DNA from: the human T2T-CHM13v2.0 reference genome, Homo sapiens
Direction: 5' to 3'
DNA length: 64,000 nt
NCBI GenBank assembly: GCA_009914755.4
Contig: CP068257.2
Span: 34,336,001-34,400,000 of the forward strand
The notes below the pieces were generated by a model. The model was not told where the DNA came from. It was given only the letters and a program-made list of their open reading frames with translations, and ran no database searches. Both the position numbers and the translations under genes were made by a program. This document shows, piece by piece, positions 56,030 to 64,000 of this stretch (the stretch's first letter is position 1; the number at the start of each line of letters is the position of its first letter).

Positions 56030-56690
56030 AGGTGCAATATTTGAAATGGTGCCTGTATTAATTTTCTATCACTGCATAACAAATGACCATAAACCTAGTT
56101 ATCTTAGAGCAGTACAAATTTATAATCTCACAGTTTCTGTAGGCCAGGAGCCCAGCACATGTTAAGTGGATTCTCTGCTCAGGGTCTCACAAGGCTGAAA
56201 TCAATTTGCTAGCCAGATTCATCTTCATGTGGAGGTTCAACTGGGAAAAGTGCCATCTTCAAGTTCCATCAGGTCAATGGCAGAATTCATTTTTCTGTGG
56301 CTCTATGATTGAGGTCCCCATTTTCTTTGCTAGCCATCATCTAGGAAGCATTCTCAGTGACTAGAGGCTGCTTTCAAGCCCTTGACACATGGTCTCCTCA
56401 ATGGGCCCTCTCCACTTCAGATCTATCACTTCAGAAAGGATCTAGACAGTTAAGGACTCACCTGATTAGGTCAGGCACACCCAGGATGGTCTTTCTTTTA
56501 ATTGCCTCATAATCAGCTGATTTGGGACCTTGATTATATCTACAAAACCCTTTCACATTTGTCTTATAACATTGTATTCATTGTCCCATCCACACTTAAG
56601 AAGGAAGGAGATTATATAGGGTATGTTCACCAGAGGCAGGAATGGGGGCCATCTTAGAATGTTATTTGTTGCATTCCTCTGGAGAACCCT
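56030..56690. mobile_element. Ancient interspersed repeat, family recognised by sight but not named with confidence
   Basis: 'gcctgtattaattttctatcactgcataacaaatgaccataaacctagttatcttagagcagtacaaatttataatctcacagtttctgtaggccaggagcccagcacatgttaagtggattctctgctcagggtctcacaaggctgaaatcaatttgctagcc...ggtccccattttctttgctagccatcatctagg...ggccatcttagaatg' is a widely dispersed human repeat consensus. Confidence 0.5.
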
Positions 56691-57379
56691 GGCACATACA
56701 CAAGGTTAGTGCATGAGTAACAATTCGGGTCCACTGTGCATCTCTCCAAACCCAATCTGTCCTGTATTTTAACTACCTTCACACAAGGGGCAAGAATGTT
56801 AACCCTCAAGGATGCTGAAATATTCAGTTCAGCCCAGAGGACTCCGGCAGACTTGAATTCCATGTAACCTTGAGGTTGTCATTAGTTTACTTTACCCAGA
56901 AACCAGTGACTGTCACTTCTCCCTCGGGAGACTTTTCTGTAGGCACAATTAGTGTTCTCAGCCTGATGACACAGAAAGTGGAAGACAATAAACAGAAAAT
57001 GCTCCTGTTGCAATGGATATGATATTAACTATCAGACATGCTTTCAGCTGCAAATGATTAAAACCCTAAGCAAACGAGGCTTAAACAACAACAAAGACAT
57101 GTCCATACGAGGTATGGAGACAGAGAGGCTCCAGGTTAATTATTCAATTACTCATAAAGTACGTGGGTTCTTTCCTTCTTTCTCCTCTGCCACCCTTAGG
57201 ATGTTGACTTGGGAATATCTCCCACTATATTCCCAGAGAGGCTGCCATAGATCTAGGTATCACACACTGATGACATCTAGAAGCACAATGTGGTCCTTCT
57301 CACTTGCCTCTTTTTACCTTTTAGAATAGAGGCTGAGAAGAGCTAAATTGCAGTGCAAAATAGTGAAAAACACCAATGC

Positions 57380-57815
57380 TTCACAAATTCTTCCACAAAA
57401 AGAAGATGAAACACCTCCAAACTCACTCTGTGAGGCCAGTATTACCATGATACCAAAACCATAACAAAGATATTACAAAAAAGAAAACTATAGGCCAATA
57501 TCCTTTATGAATATAGAAACAAAAATCCTCAACATAATACTAGCAAACTGAAAACAGCAACATAAAAACAGGTTTATGTACTATGACCAAGTGGGATTTA
57601 TCTCAGGAATACAAGGTTGGTTGATATGAAAATCAATCAATGTAATACACTTTAATGGAATAAAGTGCGAAAACACATGATCTGACATGAAAAAAGCATG
57701 TAACAAAACCCAACACTCTTCCATGATAAAAAACAATGAATAAAGTAGAAATAGAAGGGCACCTTACAAAGGGCATACACAAAAACTCATAGTTAATATA
57801 TTTTTCACTGTAAAT
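57380..57815 (+). mobile_element. L1 ORF2 (reverse-transcriptase region) fragment
   Basis: 'ccaaactcactctgtgaggccagtattaccatgataccaaaaccataacaaagatattacaaaaaagaaaactataggccaatatcctttatgaatatagaaacaaaaatcctcaacataatactagcaaactgaaaacagcaacataaaaacaggtttatgtactatgaccaagtgggatttatctcaggaatacaaggttggttgatatgaaaatcaatcaatgtaatacac' parallels L1 ORF2 'ccaaatcattcaatgaagccagcatcattctgataccaaagccaggcagagacacaaccaaaaaagagaattttagaccaatatccttgatgaacattgatgcaaaaatcctcaataaaatactggcaaaccgaatccagcagcacatcaaaaagcttatccaccatgatcaagtgggcttcatccctgggatgcaaggctggttcaatatacgcaaatcaataaatgtaatcc'. Confidence 0.75.
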
Positions 57816-59319
57816 TTACAAATTATAATTGTATGTATTTATGAAGTACAAAGATTTATGATATATTTATACAATGTGGAATGATTAAATCGAGCTACTA
57901 ACATACTCATCACCTCAAATACTTATCATTTTTTGTGGTGAGAACATTTGAAATTTACTCTCAGCAATTTTGAAATATACAATACACCATTGTTAATTAT
58001 AGGCACCCTGTTGTGCAATTGGTCTCCGAAACCTATTCCTTCTGACTGAAACTTTATACCCTTTGACCATAACCTCCCTGTTCTTCTCACAACCCCAGCC
58101 TCTGGCAACCACCTTTCTGCTCTCTGCTTCTGTGAGTTTGATTGTTTCAGATTCCATATACAAGTGAAATCATGCAGTATTTGTCTTTCAGTGCTTGACT
58201 TATTACATTTAGCATAATGTCCTCCAGGTTCATCCATGTTGTTGCAAATAAGAGAATTTCCTTGTTTTTTAAGGCTAAATATTATCCCATTGTGTACATA
58301 CCACATTTTCTTTATCCATTCATCCACTGATGAACATTTAGGTTGATTTCAAAACCTGGCTATTGTGAATAATGCTGCAAGGAACACAGGAGTGCAGGTA
58401 TGTCTTTGACATACTGATTTCAAATCCTGTGGATATATTCCCAGAGATTACTGGATCATATGGTAATTCTATTTTTAGTTTCTTGAGGAATCTTCATACA
58501 ATTTTCCCTAATGGCCGTACTAAGTTATATGCCCATCAACAGTGTACAAGGGGTCCCTTTTCTCCATCCTTGCCAACATTTATCTTGCATCTTTTTGATA
58601 ATAGCCACTCTGACAGGTGTGAGGTGATATTTCATTGTGGTTTTAATTTGCATTTCCCTAATGATTAGTGATGTTGAGCACTTTTTCATATAGCTGTTGG
58701 CCATTTGTATGTCTTCTGTTTTTTTTTTTTTTTCTTTTTTTCGAGACAGAGTCTCTCTCTGTTGCCCAGGCTAGAGTGCAGTGGCATGATCTCAGCTCAC
58801 TGCAACCTTCACCTCCTGGGATCAAGCGATTCTTGTGCCCTGCCACTTGAGTAGCTGGGACTACAGGTGTGTGTCACCACACCTGGCTAATTTTTATGGG
58901 TTTTTGGCAGAGACGGGGTTTCACCATGTTGGCCAGGCTGGTCTCGAACTCCTGGGCTCAAGTGATCCCCTGCCTCGGCCTCCCAAAGTGGTGGGATTAC
59001 AGGCGTGAGCCACCGTACCCAGCCTGTATGTCTTCTTTTAAGAAATGTTTATTCAAGTCCTTTGACCATTTTTAACTGTATTATTTGTTTTCTTGCTATT
59101 GAGTTGTTTGAGTTCCTTATAGATTTTGGATATTAACCCCTTATCACATGTATGGTTTGTAGATATGTTTTCCTAATCTATAGGTTGTTTCTTCACTCTG
59201 TTACAGTTTCCTTTGTGGTGCAGAAGCTTTTTACTTTGAAGTAATCCCATTTGTCTATTTTTGCTGTGCCCGTGATTTTGGAGTCAAATTCAAAAAAATA
59301 ATTGCCCAGACCAATGTCA

Positions 59320-59320
<1 letters not shown>
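57815..59320 (-). mobile_element. L1 3' portion (ORF2 C-terminal region + 3' UTR), minus orientation, with nested Alu
   Basis: Reverse complement of the L1 3' end, including 'ccagcctctggcaaccacctttctgctctctgcttctgtgag', 'ccattcatccactgatgaacatttagg' and 'ctattgtgaataatgctgcaa'. The minus-strand ORF 57926-58327 'MDEWIKKMWYVHNGI...' is the familiar L1 3' pseudo-ORF. The fragment extends to the rc of 'cattgccaagaccaatgtca' at ~59320. Confidence 0.85.
58719..59023 (-). mobile_element. Alu SINE nested in the minus-strand L1, 12-bp TSD
   Basis: T-run then 'gagacagagtctctctctgttgcccaggctagagtgcagtggcatgatctcagc...ggcgtgagccaccgtacccagcc'. TSD 'tgtatgtcttct' at 58707-58718 and 59024-59035. Confidence 0.92.
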
Positions 59321-61062
<1,742 letters not shown>

Positions 61063-61447
61063 TATATCTTGATTTTTTAAAACACAATGAGAATTCGAAG
61101 TTCACAAGAATGTTCTGAAAGGGATGTGGTGAGGATAAGAGAGAAATGAAGGAGAAGGGGTGAGATCGTGAGGAGTACAGGCTTATGGGCTGGTGCAATG
61201 GATGAGAAGTCAGTTTCATAAGGGCTGGAAGGCCCTGACACACAGAGCTGCTAAGGTGCAATTTTAAGTTGACGCTGCTGTGTGTAACAGGGTTCCCCCT
61301 CCAATCCCTCTTCTGAGACTGAGGACACAAGCTCAGAAAACAGCAGGGAGCCTTTGGTGATTACACCTAGAGAGGAGAAGAAAGGCATGGACGCTTAGTG
61401 TAAAGTGTGTTGGAGTGACGCAGTGAAGGTCTTAATACTCTCAGCAG

Positions 61448-61884
<437 letters not shown>

Positions 61885-62549
61885 CTATTCCAGAGTCCCA
61901 ATTGATGAGCTTTTATTGCAAAAGCCATTGAGAAACAGATTCTTTTCTCAGTGCTCTTCTGAAGGGTGAGCAAATCAATCTTACTTCCTAGATGTGTCAG
62001 CTGAGTCAAGTTACCCAGAAAGAAACACAGGAGAAATGAGTCCCTGACAAGCCTGGGTGGAAGTTCCGTCCACTGCTGTCAATCCTGCATATTTTGTTCC
62101 AATCCACTATTTCTTTAAAATTGCTGAGTAAAATGTTGGATATGACTCAGGCATCCCGAAAATCTCAAATCTCTGAATATTCAACATCAATTTAAAGAAG
62201 ACACAAGATACTGGGCTTTTTTTCCCCATTGTCAAAATATGGGGCGTATGCCGTTGCAAGTTGAGTATGTAAAAAACCATGATGCTATTTTATAGTCATG
62301 GAATCAATCATGAGAATTCACAGTCTTGTGAACAGGGACTTCTCATATTTGATAAATGACTTGATTGCTGTGTTTCTGATTAGCGGCTTTTCAATTGCAT
62401 TACAAATGTTGGAAACATCCATTAGTCAGTATTTAGCAACATTTTAGGAACTGATTAAAGTGAATCCGTGTTTCAGAAACATAGAACTACTTGTGCTGTG
62501 AACTCAACAGTGAAGATATCCAACAGATCCTTTGGGAAGAGAGAAATAG

Positions 62550-62877
<328 letters not shown>

Positions 62878-63087
62878 CATCTTCTGCATGTAATTTAATT
62901 TCTGCAGGTTTGCCAGTTGGCTTGTCACTTTTACCCAGAAGTATCTGAGAGAGAAAAAAAAAAAAATTAAAGCAGGTGTGGGGCAAGAGGGAAGGCAGAC
63001 ACAAACGCAATCCAATGTTATAGTAGAAGATCACTGCTTAGACTATCTCCATAGTTCATCTTTGCTTTGGTTTCCATCTTAATTTTT

Positions 63088-63616
<529 letters not shown>

Positions 63617-63814
63617 CCATCTTAATTTTTAAATTGAGATTGGTAAAGTTTTTCTATTTCTTCATAGTAAATATTTTCAGCTTTGCAGGCCATACATAGT
63701 CTCTGTTGCAACTACTCAACTCTGCCTTTGTAAGAACGAAGCAGCTATAGGCAATATGTAAATGAAGGGTGTGGCTGTGTTTCCATGAAACTTTATTAAT
63801 AAAAACAGGAATCA

Positions 63815-64000
63815 GGGGCCGGGCACGGTGGCTCGTGCCTGTAATCCCAGCACTTTGGGAGGGCGAGGTGGGAAGATCACTTGAGCTCAGGAGTTCAAAA
63901 CCAGCCTGGCCAACATGGTGAAACCCTGTCTCTACAAAAAATACAAAAATTAGGCGGGTGTGGTGGCACGCACCTGTAGTCCCAGCTACTCAGGAGGCTG
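63815..64000 (+). mobile_element. Alu SINE, cut by the window end
   Basis: 'ggggccgggcacggtggctcgtgcctgtaatcccagcactttgggagggcgaggtgggaagatcacttgagctcaggag...'. Confidence 0.9.

Noticed and set aside
57926-58327. 133-aa minus-strand ORF 'MDEWIKKMWYVHNGIIFSLKKQ...'
   Set aside because: This is the well-known pseudo-ORF in the L1 3' UTR/ORF2 tail and appears in most L1 3' ends. It is part of the L1 fragment, not a host gene.

Overview
This window reads as human (catarrhine primate) nuclear DNA from a gene-poor, repeat-dense intergenic or deep-intronic stretch. It is AT-biased and CpG-depleted except for a few patches. Roughly half the window is recognisable interspersed repeat: about 37 Alu SINEs in both orientations, several of which carry target-site duplications readable directly. 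There are several L1 3'-end fragments, including a head-to-head inverted pair at 57.4-60.8 kb that carries two nested Alus. Two MaLR solo LTRs are present (one THE1-type, one MLT1/MST-type inserted into an L1 tail). A MADE1 (Hsmar1-derived MITE) sits inside a palindromic element, and there are two copies of a TIR-bearing non-autonomous DNA transposon family. An RPL23A processed pseudogene lies on the minus strand at 63.1-63.6 kb with a frameshift, CpG-decay substitutions and 14-bp target-site duplications. I found no convincing protein-coding exon of a cellular gene. Every long ORF in the supplied track is explained by Alu, L1, low-complexity tandem repeats or chance. The features I consider most worth a second look are: (1) a 1.7-kb C/A-rich minisatellite with a ~16-bp unit and higher-order punctuation (39.86-41.54 kb); (2) a ~390-bp G-rich 12-bp-unit minisatellite followed by a CpG-enriched segment with a TATA box, a candidate unannotated promoter (51.77-52.52 kb); (3) a perfect 31-bp inverted repeat with a 112-bp spacer (44.38-44.56 kb); (4) the head-to-head inverted L1 3' copies; (5) an L1 fragment that retains unusually many CpGs just upstream of the large minisatellite. 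Simple repeats include (TA)n(CA)n, (CT)n, (GGAT)n, (GA)n, (GAATG)n, (TA)n and (AAAAT)n. No rRNA, tRNA, CRISPR or prokaryotic-type feature is present. The repeat types all point to a primate genome rather than a microbial system.
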